64,000 nucleotides of DNA. Origin: Clostridia bacterium. Lineage in GTDB: Bacteria; Bacillota; Clostridia; Oscillospirales; CAG-272. A program made the translations under genes and the position numbers. The notes under the pieces are model-generated. The model saw only the letters and a program-made list of their open reading frames with translations, did not search any database and was not told where the DNA came from. Below are positions 11,795 through 21,347 of this stretch, piece after piece; the stretch's first letter is position 1; each line of letters opens with the position of its first letter. The stretch is from NCBI GenBank assembly GCA_017472305.1, contig JAFUQP010000007.1, positions 5,272-69,271 of the forward strand, written 5' to 3'.

Positions 11795-12625
11795 TCAAAG
11801 CTTGCTTTGCTCCCACATAAAGAGCGATGCTGCAACCGATGCGTTAAGCGACTCGGTTTTCTCGGAAATCGGGATATACACGCTTTTATCGCAGAGCTCG
11901 GATATCTCCCTTGCAATTCCGTGTCCCTCGTTTCCTATTACGATTATATCGCTTCTCTTCAGCTCAATTCCTGATAGCGGTACTGCGCTATCTGTCAGCT
12001 CTGCCGCAAGGACCCGTCTTTTTGATTTGTGAGCGTAAGCAATGAATGCCGAGAAATCCGAAACAGAGGTAATCTTAACCTTAAAGAGACTGCCCATAGC
12101 GCTTCTTACAGTCTTGGGATTATATACGTCGGCTGTATCCGAGCTGACTATTATATGCTCAACGCCGAAGGCAACCGCGCTTCTGATTACCGAGCCGAGA
12201 TTTGAAGGGTCGCGAAGAGAATAAAGTGCCAATACTCTTTCATTCTCTGAAAAAATTACTTCATTATATATTATATCTATATTTGAGAAAAAGTCAAGAT
12301 ATTTTATTACGCTAATTACGCCCTGAGGGGCTTTTTCGGTAGAAATTTTTTCAAATGCCGTGCCCGACAGTATGAAAATATCAAGTGAGTCGGGCTCGCT
12401 TGCCGAACAAAGAGCTTTTATTTTCTCTATAACCGCCTCCGCCTTATCCTCCCTGATAAGAATTTTCGTCACGGGAAGGCGCGCCGAGAGAGCCTCGTAG
12501 GTGAGCTTCTCCCCCTCGGCGATAAAGCATTTTTCCGCCGCCCTGCCCTTCTTATCGGCAAGTGATGCCACAAGCTTGACGGTAGGGTTGTTTCTGCTCG
12601 TTATTACTTCCTTGTGTATAAACAT
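11795..12625 (-). CDS. TrmH/SpoU-family RNA 2'-O-methyltransferase
   Basis: C-terminal SpoU methylase motifs are present (IVIGNEGHGI, LNASVAASLFMWE). It sits downstream of rplT like B. subtilis ysgA. Confidence 0.85.
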   Translation of the reverse strand: MFIHKEVITSRNNPTVKLVASLADKKGRAAEKCFIAEGEKLTYEALSARLPVTKILIREDKAEAVIEKIKALCSASEPDSLDIFILSGTAFEKISTEKAPQGVISVIKYLDFFSNIDIIYNEVIFSENERVLALYSLRDPSNLGSVIRSAVAFGVEHIIVSSDTADVYNPKTVRSAMGSLFKVKITSVSDFSAFIAYAHKSKRRVLAAELTDSAVPLSGIELKRSDIIVIGNEGHGIAREISELCDKSVYIPISEKTESLNASVAASLFMWEQSKL

Positions 12626-12664
12626 TTTTCACTCCTTAAAGGTGGAAAATATAGCTGTTGTATC

Positions 12665-12703
12665 AAAAAAACAACCCTGTTTTTGAAGCTTCAGAAAACA
12701 GGG
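12665..12703 (-). terminator. Intrinsic terminator after rplT
   Basis: On the minus strand a 9-bp stem CCCTGTTTT/AAAACAGGG is followed by a T-run. Confidence 0.75.
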
Positions 12704-12714
12704 TGTGTTTAATA

Positions 12715-13068
12715 TTAGAGAGCTGCCTTTGCCTTCTCGCAGATTGCTGCGAATGCTTCCTTATCGGAAACTGCAAGCTCAGCGAGCATCTTGCGGTTGA
12801 GGTCAATGCCTGCAACCTTAAGACCGTGCATAAGGGTGGAATAGTTCATTCCGCAAACCTTAGCCTGTGCAGAAATTCTGGTAATCCAGAGAGAACGGAA
12901 ATCTCTCTTCTTAAGCTTACGGCCGGCGAAAGCATAGTTACCGCTCTTGAGAACGGCCTGCTTAGCCATCTTAAAATGCTTGGACTTTGCGCCCCAATAG
13001 CCCTTAGCAGCCTTGAGTACGCTCTTTCTTCTCTTGCGCGTCATCATAGCGCCCTTAACTCTTGCCAT
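12715..13068 (-). CDS. rplT: 50S ribosomal protein L20
   Basis: [26 protein letters not shown] is a canonical L20 N-terminus. Confidence 0.98.
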   Translation of the reverse strand: MARVKGAMMTRKRRKSVLKAAKGYWGAKSKHFKMAKQAVLKSGNYAFAGRKLKKRDFRSLWITRISAQAKVCGMNYSTLMHGLKVAGIDLNRKMLAELAVSDKEAFAAICEKAKAAL

Positions 13069-13107
13069 TTTATATCATCCTCCAAATTTTTCTTCGTTCG
13101 TTTCTTA

Positions 13108-13302
13108 TTACTTCTGAATAAGAGTTCTGTAGGTAGGTGCAAAGCACTCGCTGAGAATCGCGCCCTTACGAAGGCCTCTCTTACGCTTTGCGGTCTTGAT
13201 ACCGAGATTGTGACGGTGGTTGTTGTGAGACATCTTGATTTTGCCGCTGCCGGTGAGAGAGAATCTCTTTGCGGAAGCCTTATGTGTCTTGATCTTGCCC
13301 AT
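13108..13302 (-). CDS. rpmI: 50S ribosomal protein L35
   Basis: MGKIKTHKASAKRF followed by TGSGKIK is a canonical L35 sequence. Confidence 0.97.
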   Translation of the reverse strand: MGKIKTHKASAKRFSLTGSGKIKMSHNNHRHNLGIKTAKRKRGLRKGAILSECFAPTYRTLIQK

Positions 13303-13347
13303 TTTTATTCTCCTTTTCTACTTGGGTTGCCCCTATTTTAAACTTAA

Positions 13348-13881
13348 TTATTTCTTATCCTGCTTAACAGGGCTTAAAATAATCGACATAAATCTACCGT
13401 CGAGCACAGGCTTCTTCTCTGCTACGCCTGCATCGCGGCACGCATCCTCGAACTTGGCTATAACCTCTCTGCCAAGCTCCATATGCGACATTTCCCTGCC
13501 CTTGAAGCGAACGACTGCCTTAACCTTGTTACCCTCGCTAAGGAACTTCTTCGCGTGATTTACACGAGTGTCGAAGTCGTGCTGCTCAATTCTGCATGAG
13601 AGCTGGATTTCCTTAACCTTGACGATAACCTGCTTCTTCTTTGCCTCCTTCTCCTTCTTGTCACGCTCGAAGCAATACTTGCCGTAATCGATAGCGCGGC
13701 ATACGGGAGGAGTTGCATTTGCGACGATAAGAACGAGGTCCACGCCTGCGTTGTAAGCATAAGCGCGTGCATCGTCGATTTTCATAACGCCGACCTGCTC
13801 GTTGTTTGCACCGATAACTCTTACCTCAGGATGCTTGATTTCCTCATTGATAGGCAAATCTCTACTGTTGTTCGGTTTAAT
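13348..13881 (-). CDS. infC: Translation initiation factor IF-3, probably starting at ATT 13881-13879
   Basis: The ORF track starts at TTG 13857. The frame stays open 8 codons further to an ATT placed 9 nt after a GGAGG (13895-13891), whereas the TTG lies about 33 nt from that SD. An AUU start is the conserved autoregulatory feature of infC. Confidence 0.9.
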   Translation of the reverse strand: MKPNNSRDLPINEEIKHPEVRVIGANNEQVGVMKIDDARAYAYNAGVDLVLIVANATPPVCRAIDYGKYCFERDKKEKEAKKKQVIVKVKEIQLSCRIEQHDFDTRVNHAKKFLSEGNKVKAVVRFKGREMSHMELGREVIAKFEDACRDAGVAEKKPVLDGRFMSIILSPVKQDKK

Positions 13882-14070
13882 GGCTTCGTACCTCCAAAAA
13901 CAAAAAATGCATACGGAGAACTTCCGTACGCATAACCTACCTATTATACCTCTTGATATAAAGGAAATTATTAACCATACGCACCCCTGTGGTATGGTGA
14001 GAACGGAAATTCTGCTTCATCTGAAGATTTACTTCCCGTATATTATATCAGCAAGAACACCGTTTGTCAA
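13882..14070 (-). promoter_or_regulatory. infC-rpmI-rplT promoter plus L20-type attenuator leader
   Basis: On the minus strand a consensus TTGACA (14070-14065) is followed by 17 nt and TATAAT (14047-14042). The ~150-nt leader ends in the hairpin GCGTACGGA/TCCGTATGC (13931-13909) plus a T-run (13907-13902), immediately before the infC SD. Confidence 0.7.
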
Positions 14071-14206
14071 GTGTTTTTTAAAAAAAATTCATTATTTTTC
14101 TTTCGGATTAACTAAAGCTGTCATTTCGACCTCTTTTTCACAAGTAAAAATCAATTTTCTCCTATTTTCACAAACTTTTGATAATAAAATTGTGAAAAAT
14201 CCCATC

Positions 14207-14235
14207 TTTACAATTCCGCCCTCGTGATGTATAAT
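14207..14235 (+). promoter_or_regulatory. Sigma-A-type promoter of the candidate small RNA
   Basis: TTTACA (14207-14212), a 17-nt spacer, then TATAAT (14230-14235) preceded by TG. Confidence 0.6.
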
Positions 14236-14241
14236 TAAATA

Positions 14242-14370
14242 GCACGAACGAAAACCGTGCAGCCTGCCGAGCGCGAAGAGGCATCAAGCTTATGATGCAT
14301 AACACAGAACGCTAGGCACCCGGGGCATTGCCAAGTGCAGGAATGGCAAGCCCTTTTTTCTTTTTCTTTT
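14242..14370 (+). ncRNA. Candidate ~125-nt small RNA, family unassigned
   Basis: It has its own promoter and an intrinsic terminator (GGGC-A-TTGCC / GGCAA-GCCC at 14323-14353, then TTTTTTCTTTTTCTTTT). Internal hairpins are GCACG/CGTGC (14242-14260) and GCATCA/TGATGC (14281-14298). No ORF exceeds 12 aa. recG has a separate promoter downstream. Confidence 0.45.
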
Positions 14371-14388
14371 AAAATCTTTATTCAACTA

Positions 14389-14417
14389 TTGAAATCTTAA
14401 CTGAAATGTAGTAGAAT
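14389..14417 (+). promoter_or_regulatory. recG promoter
   Basis: TTGAAA (14389-14394), a 17-nt spacer, then TAGAAT (14412-14417). An AGGAGG SD lies at 14437-14442. Confidence 0.55.
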
Positions 14418-14447
14418 ATAGATTAGTAATTAATACAGGAGGTCACG

Positions 14448-16583
14448 ATGAGCAGATTTACGCAAAGCACACCCGTAACAGAGCTTTCAGGTGTTGGCAA
14501 AACACGCGCCGAGCAGCTTAAGAAGCTCGGTATAGAAACCTTCGGCGACCTCGTTTACTATTTCCCGAGAGCCTACGAAAACCGCGGTGACACAAGGCTT
14601 CTGTCAAGCTGCACACCCGATACTACGGTTTCGCTTATACTCACGGTTGCAACTACCGTAAGAAGCGCTAATATCCGCCGCGGGCTGACTATATCGCGCT
14701 TCCGCGCCTTTGACGAATCCGGCTCTGTAGAAATAACCTTCTTTAACTCTCCCTACGTCAAGGACGTATTCACTGTCGGCGCGGATTTCCGCTTCTACGG
14801 CAAAATCACGCTTCAGAAGGGCAAGCCCGTTTTGACAAACCCGAAGTACGAGCCCATAATCGAGGGGCGTCCGCTTGCCGATTACGTTCCTATTTATTCT
14901 CTTACAGAGGGTATATCCTCAAAGCAGATTGATAAGCTGATATTTACCGCGATAAACGACGTTCTACCTTCAATTTGCGACCCCCTGCCCGACAGTCTAA
15001 GAATAAAATACAGCTTACCTACCCTCACCTACGCGCTGAAAAACGCGCATTTCCCCGAGGACGACAAGGCTCTCGAGAAGTCACTCTCAAGGCTAGCCTT
15101 TGACGAGATGCTTCTGTTCGGAATAGGCATCTCTATGTCTGCTATGAGGAAATCAAAGGGCGAGGGCATAAGGCTTTCCCCCTGCTCTCTTGAGCCTCTT
15201 ACCTCGCTTTTGCCATACGAGCTGACCTCTGCACAGAAGGCGGCAATTAACGACGTATACCGAGATACCGTAATAGGCAAGGACGGCATTGTATCGCCTA
15301 TGGCGAGAATTATTGTCGGCGACGTCGGCTGCGGTAAAACAGTTTGCGCCGAGGCGGCAATTTATATTGCGGCAAAATCGGGCTGCCAATCTGCCTTTAT
15401 GGTTCCTACCGAGATACTCGCGCGTCAGCATTTTAAGGAAATATCCGATTTATTCTCCAAATTGGGAATAAGCACGGCTCTGCTTCTCGGCTCAACGGGT
15501 GTTGCCGAAAGACGCAGGATTTACAGAGGGATTGAAAGCGGCGAAATCGACGTCGTAGTTGGCACTCACGCCTTGCTTTCGGATAAGCTCAATTTCTGCA
15601 ATCTCGGTCTGATTATTACAGACGAGCAGCACAGGTTCGGTGTCGCTCAAAGAGCCGCACTGAAGGAAAAATCGAAAAAGGCGCATCTTCTCGTAATGAG
15701 CGCAACCCCAATTCCCCGAACGCTTGCGCTGACTATGTACGGTGACCTTGACATTTCACGAATTACCGAAATGCCGAAGGGCAGACAGAGAGTTGACACA
15801 TTTACGGTTGATGAGGGATACCGCGCAAGGCTTGACGATTTTATAAGAAAGCAGGTAATGCTTGGCGGTCAGTGCTATATAGTTTGCCCCGCGATTGAAG
15901 CACCCGAGAGTGACGGTGAGGTTGTCGCCGAGCGCATAGGCGAGCTTGTTGACATCGGGCGTCTTAATCTCAAAAACGTAACCGATTACGCAAAGGAGCT
16001 ATCGAAAAGATTACCCGACATTCCTATTGGAGTACTGCACGGCAAAATGAAGCCTGCCGAAAAGGACGAGCTTATGTCGCGCTTCAAGTCGGGTGAAGTC
16101 AAGGTGCTGGTTTCAACGACGGTTATCGAGGTCGGAGTAAACGTACCGAACGCCTCACTTATGATTGTCGAAAACGCCGAGAGATACGGGCTTTCCCAGC
16201 TCCATCAGCTCAGAGGAAGGGTTGGAAGAGGCGAAAGAAAATCCTATTGCGTTCTCGTATCCGACCTGAATTCCCCTAAGGCGAAGGCTCGTCTTGACGT
16301 TATGAAAACAACCTACGACGGATTTGAAATCGCCGAGAAGGACCTTATGCTTCGCGGCCCCGGCGACCTATTTTCTTCAAATTCGGATATTAATTTAAGG
16401 CAGAGCGGCGGCTTCGAGTTTAAGTTTGCCTCGATGTGTAACGACTACGACCTCTTTGAGGCTGCATTCTCCTCTGCAAAGGCAATCGTTAGCTCCGACC
16501 CGACTCTCGAGTGCTCAGAGCATCTGCCGCTTCGAGGTGAGGTAGAAAGGCGTTTCTCCCTTTACGATAAAAACATCTCATAA
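14448..16583 (+). CDS. recG: ATP-dependent DNA helicase RecG
   Basis: 711 aa with a wedge domain and superfamily-2 helicase motifs (GDVGCGKT, DEQHRFG, QLHQLRGRVGRG). Confidence 0.96.
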   Translation: MSRFTQSTPVTELSGVGKTRAEQLKKLGIETFGDLVYYFPRAYENRGDTRLLSSCTPDTTVSLILTVATTVRSANIRRGLTISRFRAFDESGSVEITFFNSPYVKDVFTVGADFRFYGKITLQKGKPVLTNPKYEPIIEGRPLADYVPIYSLTEGISSKQIDKLIFTAINDVLPSICDPLPDSLRIKYSLPTLTYALKNAHFPEDDKALEKSLSRLAFDEMLLFGIGISMSAMRKSKGEGIRLSPCSLEPLTSLLPYELTSAQKAAINDVYRDTVIGKDGIVSPMARIIVGDVGCGKTVCAEAAIYIAAKSGCQSAFMVPTEILARQHFKEISDLFSKLGISTALLLGSTGVAERRRIYRGIESGEIDVVVGTHALLSDKLNFCNLGLIITDEQHRFGVAQRAALKEKSKKAHLLVMSATPIPRTLALTMYGDLDISRITEMPKGRQRVDTFTVDEGYRARLDDFIRKQVMLGGQCYIVCPAIEAPESDGEVVAERIGELVDIGRLNLKNVTDYAKELSKRLPDIPIGVLHGKMKPAEKDELMSRFKSGEVKVLVSTTVIEVGVNVPNASLMIVENAERYGLSQLHQLRGRVGRGERKSYCVLVSDLNSPKAKARLDVMKTTYDGFEIAEKDLMLRGPGDLFSSNSDINLRQSGGFEFKFASMCNDYDLFEAAFSSAKAIVSSDPTLECSEHLPLRGEVERRFSLYDKNIS

Positions 16584-16695
16584 TTTTCGCTTCGTTAATT
16601 CTCAACAGTCCGGCAAGTAACATATATACCCTTGCGTACTTATTTCTATCCAAGTACCGAAAAGAACAATCCGAACAACCGAAAGGCAGATTATA

Positions 16696-17943
16696 ATGAA
16701 CAATAAGCCTCTGGCTGACAGAATGAGACCTACCTCATTTGACGAGGTTTGCGGACAGTCGCACCTCGTATCAAAGGGCGGAATTCTTCGCCGTCTTGTA
16801 GACAATAACAGAATACCGAATATGGTTTTCTTCGGTCCTCCCGGCACGGGCAAGACCACCGTTGCCAATATCATTGCAAAGACCTCGGGAATGCAGCTCT
16901 ATAAGTTTAACGCGACAACAGCTTCTCTTTCCGACGTCAAGGACGTTATTTCCTCAACCGATAATATTTTCTCCGAAAACGGTACTCTTCTCTATCTTGA
17001 CGAGATACAGTATTTCAATAAAAAGCAGCAGCAGTCACTGCTCGAATATATGGAAAACGGCAAGCTGACGCTGATTGCTTCAACGACCGAAAATCCATAC
17101 TACTGCGTATATAACGCCCTTCTTTCGCGCTCCTCGGTATTCGAGTTCAAATCTGTTAGCGCAAAGGACTGCGTTCCTACCTTGAAGCGCGCACTCAGGC
17201 TCCTTAACGAGGATTTCGGTGACGAAAAGTCTGCCTCTGACAAGGTTCTGGAGGAAATTGCCTACTCCGCGGCAGGCGACGTCAGAATGAGCATTGGAAT
17301 ATTAGAGAACGCATATTATATTTCCGGCAAGGAAATCACCGCCGAAAATATTTCCAGCCTTCTTCCGCAAACCGTCGGTCACTACGACAGGGACGGCGAC
17401 GTGCATTACGACCTTCTTTCCTGCCTGCAAAAGTCAATTCGCGGCTCCGACCCCGACGCGGCGATATTCTATCTTGCAAAGTTGCTTGCCTCGGGCGACC
17501 TTCTTTCCCCTTGCAGAAGACTGCTCGTCATTGCAAGCGAGGACGTGGGAGTTGCCTACCCTCTTGCCACAGCGATAACCTATGCCGCAGTTGAGAGCGC
17601 AAAGGCACTCGGGCTTCCCGAGGCTGCTATTCCGCTTGCAAACGCAGTAGTAACGCTTGCTACGGCGCCTAAATCGAACACAGCGTATCTTGCTTACCAC
17701 GCGGCAAGCGAGGATATATCAAAGGGGCTCGGAGTTGAAATTCCCGAGCATCTCCAAAGCCCTCTGTTCAAAGGCTATCTCTACCCCCACGATTATCCGA
17801 ACAGCTACGTTGAGCAGAATTATCTCCCGCGCGACCTTATCGGCAAGCATTACTACAAATTCGGTTCGAATAAGGCAGAGCAGGCGGCGAAGGCATACTA
17901 CGATATGATACGCGCAAGTGCAAAGGGGCTTCCCAAAGCATAA
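16696..17943 (+). CDS. rarA: Replication-associated recombination protein A (RarA/MgsA AAA+ ATPase)
   Basis: Contains FFGPPGTGKTT and LYLDEIQYFNK, plus the C-terminal MgsA domain. Confidence 0.93.
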   Translation: MNNKPLADRMRPTSFDEVCGQSHLVSKGGILRRLVDNNRIPNMVFFGPPGTGKTTVANIIAKTSGMQLYKFNATTASLSDVKDVISSTDNIFSENGTLLYLDEIQYFNKKQQQSLLEYMENGKLTLIASTTENPYYCVYNALLSRSSVFEFKSVSAKDCVPTLKRALRLLNEDFGDEKSASDKVLEEIAYSAAGDVRMSIGILENAYYISGKEITAENISSLLPQTVGHYDRDGDVHYDLLSCLQKSIRGSDPDAAIFYLAKLLASGDLLSPCRRLLVIASEDVGVAYPLATAITYAAVESAKALGLPEAAIPLANAVVTLATAPKSNTAYLAYHAASEDISKGLGVEIPEHLQSPLFKGYLYPHDYPNSYVEQNYLPRDLIGKHYYKFGSNKAEQAAKAYYDMIRASAKGLPKA

Positions 17944-17997
17944 ACCGATATTTTAACCGTAAAATTTGACATTCTTCGTTTAAATATTCAATAAAAC

Positions 17998-18026
17998 TTG
18001 ACAAAGCGACTTAATTTTGCTATAAT
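17998..18026 (+). promoter_or_regulatory. Promoter of the lipid kinase gene
   Basis: Consensus TTGACA (17998-18003), a 17-nt spacer, then TATAAT (18021-18026). Confidence 0.6.
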
Positions 18027-18128
18027 TAACTCGTCTTTACTTAAATTTTATTAAATTTATATAGTCGAGTAAAGGCATAACGCTTTAATTAAATATTAAA
18101 AACGGGATTTTCGGAGGAAGCCTTTCCT

Positions 18129-19058
18129 ATGATATATCATTTTATTTTAAACCCGAAGTCAGGACATAGCCCCAAGCAGAAGAAGATGGAGCAGGAAATC
18201 AAGGATGCCTGCACAAAAAGGCAGTTAAGCTACCATATTTACTATACCACCTGCGCCGGAGATGCTACCGAATACGTTAAGTCGATGGTAAGAATATCTC
18301 AAGAGCCTCAGCGCTTCATCTGCGTGGGCGGTGACGGCACTATAAACGAAATTGCAAACAGCGCTCCCGAAAATCCTAACGTGCAGTTTGGAGTTATTCC
18401 GAGCGGCTCAGGTAACGATTTTGTCCGTAATTTCTCCAACACCAAGAATTTCTCGGATATTAACGCGCAGCTCGACGGCGAGCCTATGTCGTTCGACCTT
18501 ATTAAGTGCAATGATTTCTACTGTGTTAATATGGTTAATATCGGCTTTGACTGTGCGGTTGTTAAGGAAGCTGAGAAGCTTAAGAAAATCAAGTTTATTC
18601 CTGCCGGCATTTCCTATATTCTCGGTGTCGTAGTAGTTCTATTCAAGAAGTTCGGCACCAAAATGAAGCTCATTTTCGATGACGGAACGGTTCTTGACAG
18701 GGAGTTCACCCTTACCGCAATTTCTAACGGAAAGTTCTGCGGCGGCGGATTTATGGCAGCTCCGAAGGCACTGCTCAACGACGGACTCTTTGATATTTGC
18801 GCTATCAACAAGGTAACCCGAAGAACCTTTATCTCTCTCGTTGGCTCCTACAAGAAGGGTACCTACCTCACCAATAAGAGAGCTATGAAGATAATAGGCT
18901 ACTACAGAGTTCCGCACTTCAAGATGGAGTTCGACACCCCTATTCCGATATGCATTGACGGAGAAATCAAGGGTGCGAAGAACATCGACTTCTCTATTGT
19001 TAAAAACGCTTTTAATTTCGTCATTCCGAAGGGCTCCGAGCTGAAATACAAGAGCTAA
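18129..19058 (+). CDS. Diacylglycerol kinase-family lipid kinase (YegS/DagK-like)
   Basis: Carries the DAGK catalytic-domain motif GGDGTINE. 309 aa. Confidence 0.85.
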   Translation: MIYHFILNPKSGHSPKQKKMEQEIKDACTKRQLSYHIYYTTCAGDATEYVKSMVRISQEPQRFICVGGDGTINEIANSAPENPNVQFGVIPSGSGNDFVRNFSNTKNFSDINAQLDGEPMSFDLIKCNDFYCVNMVNIGFDCAVVKEAEKLKKIKFIPAGISYILGVVVVLFKKFGTKMKLIFDDGTVLDREFTLTAISNGKFCGGGFMAAPKALLNDGLFDICAINKVTRRTFISLVGSYKKGTYLTNKRAMKIIGYYRVPHFKMEFDTPIPICIDGEIKGAKNIDFSIVKNAFNFVIPKGSELKYKS

Positions 19059-19084
19059 GGCTCCCTCGGACCTAAGGAGACATT

Positions 19085-21331
19085 ATGAATATAATGCACA
19101 AAAGACCGCTTAGCCTTATACTTTGTATATCGCTTTGCGGCTTTGTGCTTTTTTCATACCTTGATGCCGGCTTTTTAAAGAATACACTTGCATTAATCGC
19201 TATAATTTCGCTCGCTCTTTCAATTACTGTGCTCATTATAAGGAAGAGGGGCGCTTTTTATCTACTCACATCGGTTGTACTGTGCCTTTCACTCATCTTT
19301 TCGTACGTTTACTTCGACCTATGGTTTCAGGCAGATAAACGCTTTTCGGAAGAATGCTGTGTTATAGGCACTGTCACAGAGGAAAGCCGCGAGCAAACCT
19401 ACTCACTCTATAAAATCAAGGCAGACGGTATTAACGGCGAAAGTCTTTCGGGATATACGCTCTCGGTTCTGATTTCAAGGAGCGATGCTGAGAAAGCCGA
19501 AATCGAGGTCGGCTCAAAGCTGAAATTCAAGTGCAAGCTTAATTCAACCGCAAATCATATCGCTTACGGCTTCAGATATTTCAGCGCGTACGGCATCAAT
19601 GCCTTTGCAGATAACGTAAAGGATATGACTCACTTGGGGACCGGAGAAATTCCGCTTGCCTCGCGCCTCTCGGATATTCGCGAGTTTCTTACAAGGCACG
19701 CGAAAATGCTGACAAACGAGGAATGCGGCGCGTTTCTTTCGGCGCTTATTTTCGGTGAGCGAGATGCGCTTTCAGGCGACGTGGCGCTCGATTTTTCAAG
19801 AATTGGCATCTCCCACGTGCTTGCCTTAAGCGGTATGCACCTTTCGGTGCTGGCTCTCGGAATTAACGCTCTCTTATCGCTCCTTCGCGTTAAGAAAAAA
19901 TGGCGGGTGCTCACCGTTATCCTTTTTGCATCGGTGTATACTTTATTTACAGGGCTTTCGGTAACGGTTGTCAGAGCCGCTATAATGCTCATCATCTCTT
20001 CTCTGCTCTATCTTATCGGCGCAGAGCAGGATTCGGTAACCTCTCTTTCGGTCGCGGTGGCGGTAATAATTATTTTTTCGCCCTATTCGGTATTCAGCAT
20101 ATCTCTCTGGCTCTCGGCACTCGCAACTCTCGGTGTAATTACCTCTGCCGAGTGGATATCAAGGCTCGAGCTGCCTAAAGCTCCGCTGTCAAGGCTATGG
20201 CGCGGCATACTCAACCTCTTTGTCCCGAGTATATTCGCAATTTCAGCAACCTTGCTTATTACGAGCATAGCCTTCGGCGGCGTATCTACGGTTTCGCTCT
20301 TTGCTACGGTAATATTTTCATTTCTCTCCGAGGTAATTATGTATCTCGGTACTCTGACACTGATTTTCGGCAGGTTTATTCCCTTCTCATACATACTCAT
20401 ACCGATTACAGAGTATACGCTCGGGCTTGCCGATGCTATCGCCGACTGTAGGTACGTATATGCGAGCGCCGACTTTCTTCCTTATATTATTCTTGCGGTA
20501 CTGCTCACCCTTGTTTTTTATATATTCCTGTTTATCAAAACGAAAAAGCAGGGTGTGTTCGTAACTGCTATTTACTCGCTTCTCCTTTTATGTTTCTGTG
20601 CGGCAATGCTCTCATTTGCGAAAGCCGAGCCCGACACGGTATATTCGTCAGGAGAGGAATGCGACCTCATACTTCTCAAATCCGACTCACAAACCTCGCT
20701 TATTGTCAACTCTACTAACAAAAGAGGCACAGGCAGGCTCGCTTACAATTCACTCCGCCACGACGGCGCGGCAGCGCTCGACACTCTCGTTTATACCTCG
20801 TATTCCTTTGAGCTTCCAAGTGAGGCAGAGGAGTTACTATCAAGAGTACTAGTGTACGAAATCCGTCTTCCCGAGCCACAGAGCAGCGAGGAGAGAGATA
20901 TTTACTGCACGCTTTGTGAGCTTGCGGAAGAGTTCGGCACAAGGCTTACGCTCTATAGGATTGGAGAGAGCAATAAGCTCGGCGAGCACGAGTTTACCCT
21001 GCTTTGCGCCTCTCGATACGGAGAGGGCTTTGCCTGCGCTCAATTTATCACCTACCGCGAGAGAGCCCTTTTGTATCTCTCCGACGGATTTACGAAGGAG
21101 AGCCTTCCCGAGGAGCTATCGGGCATATACGCGATAGCTGACACCTTTATCGTCGGTGGATGCGGCAAGGGCTACAAAGAGGAACAATACATCAGTACAG
21201 AAACCGGCACGGCAAAAGACATAGTAATTTCAGCAGAAAATCTCTATTTCGTGCAAAATTCCTACGCATATTATAAAGAAAACGGATGCAGAATAACTCT
21301 GCACCCGCAATATATAAGTCTGTTTGAATGA
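19085..21331 (+). CDS. comEC: ComEC/Rec2-family competence channel protein without metallo-beta-lactamase motifs
   Basis: Polytopic membrane protein with a Competence-domain core (GISHVLALSGMHLSVL). The C-terminal ~220 aa contain no HxHxDH motif. Confidence 0.85.
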   Translation: MNIMHKRPLSLILCISLCGFVLFSYLDAGFLKNTLALIAIISLALSITVLIIRKRGAFYLLTSVVLCLSLIFSYVYFDLWFQADKRFSEECCVIGTVTEESREQTYSLYKIKADGINGESLSGYTLSVLISRSDAEKAEIEVGSKLKFKCKLNSTANHIAYGFRYFSAYGINAFADNVKDMTHLGTGEIPLASRLSDIREFLTRHAKMLTNEECGAFLSALIFGERDALSGDVALDFSRIGISHVLALSGMHLSVLALGINALLSLLRVKKKWRVLTVILFASVYTLFTGLSVTVVRAAIMLIISSLLYLIGAEQDSVTSLSVAVAVIIIFSPYSVFSISLWLSALATLGVITSAEWISRLELPKAPLSRLWRGILNLFVPSIFAISATLLITSIAFGGVSTVSLFATVIFSFLSEVIMYLGTLTLIFGRFIPFSYILIPITEYTLGLADAIADCRYVYASADFLPYIILAVLLTLVFYIFLFIKTKKQGVFVTAIYSLLLLCFCAAMLSFAKAEPDTVYSSGEECDLILLKSDSQTSLIVNSTNKRGTGRLAYNSLRHDGAAALDTLVYTSYSFELPSEAEELLSRVLVYEIRLPEPQSSEERDIYCTLCELAEEFGTRLTLYRIGESNKLGEHEFTLLCASRYGEGFACAQFITYRERALLYLSDGFTKESLPEELSGIYAIADTFIVGGCGKGYKEEQYISTETGTAKDIVISAENLYFVQNSYAYYKENGCRITLHPQYISLFE

Positions 21332-21347
21332 ATGGACGTCTTGCGTA

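Noticed and set aside
16602-16874. 90-aa minus-strand ORF at the recG-rarA junction
   Set aside because: It overlaps the rarA Walker A region in antisense and has no translation signals.
21332-21347. The 16-nt gap between convergent comEC and ychF, considered for a hidden terminator or overlapping antisense regulation
   Set aside because: Only a 3-bp ACG/CGT mini-stem is present. Nothing can be supported from the sequence beyond the observation that the two genes abut without a recognisable terminator.
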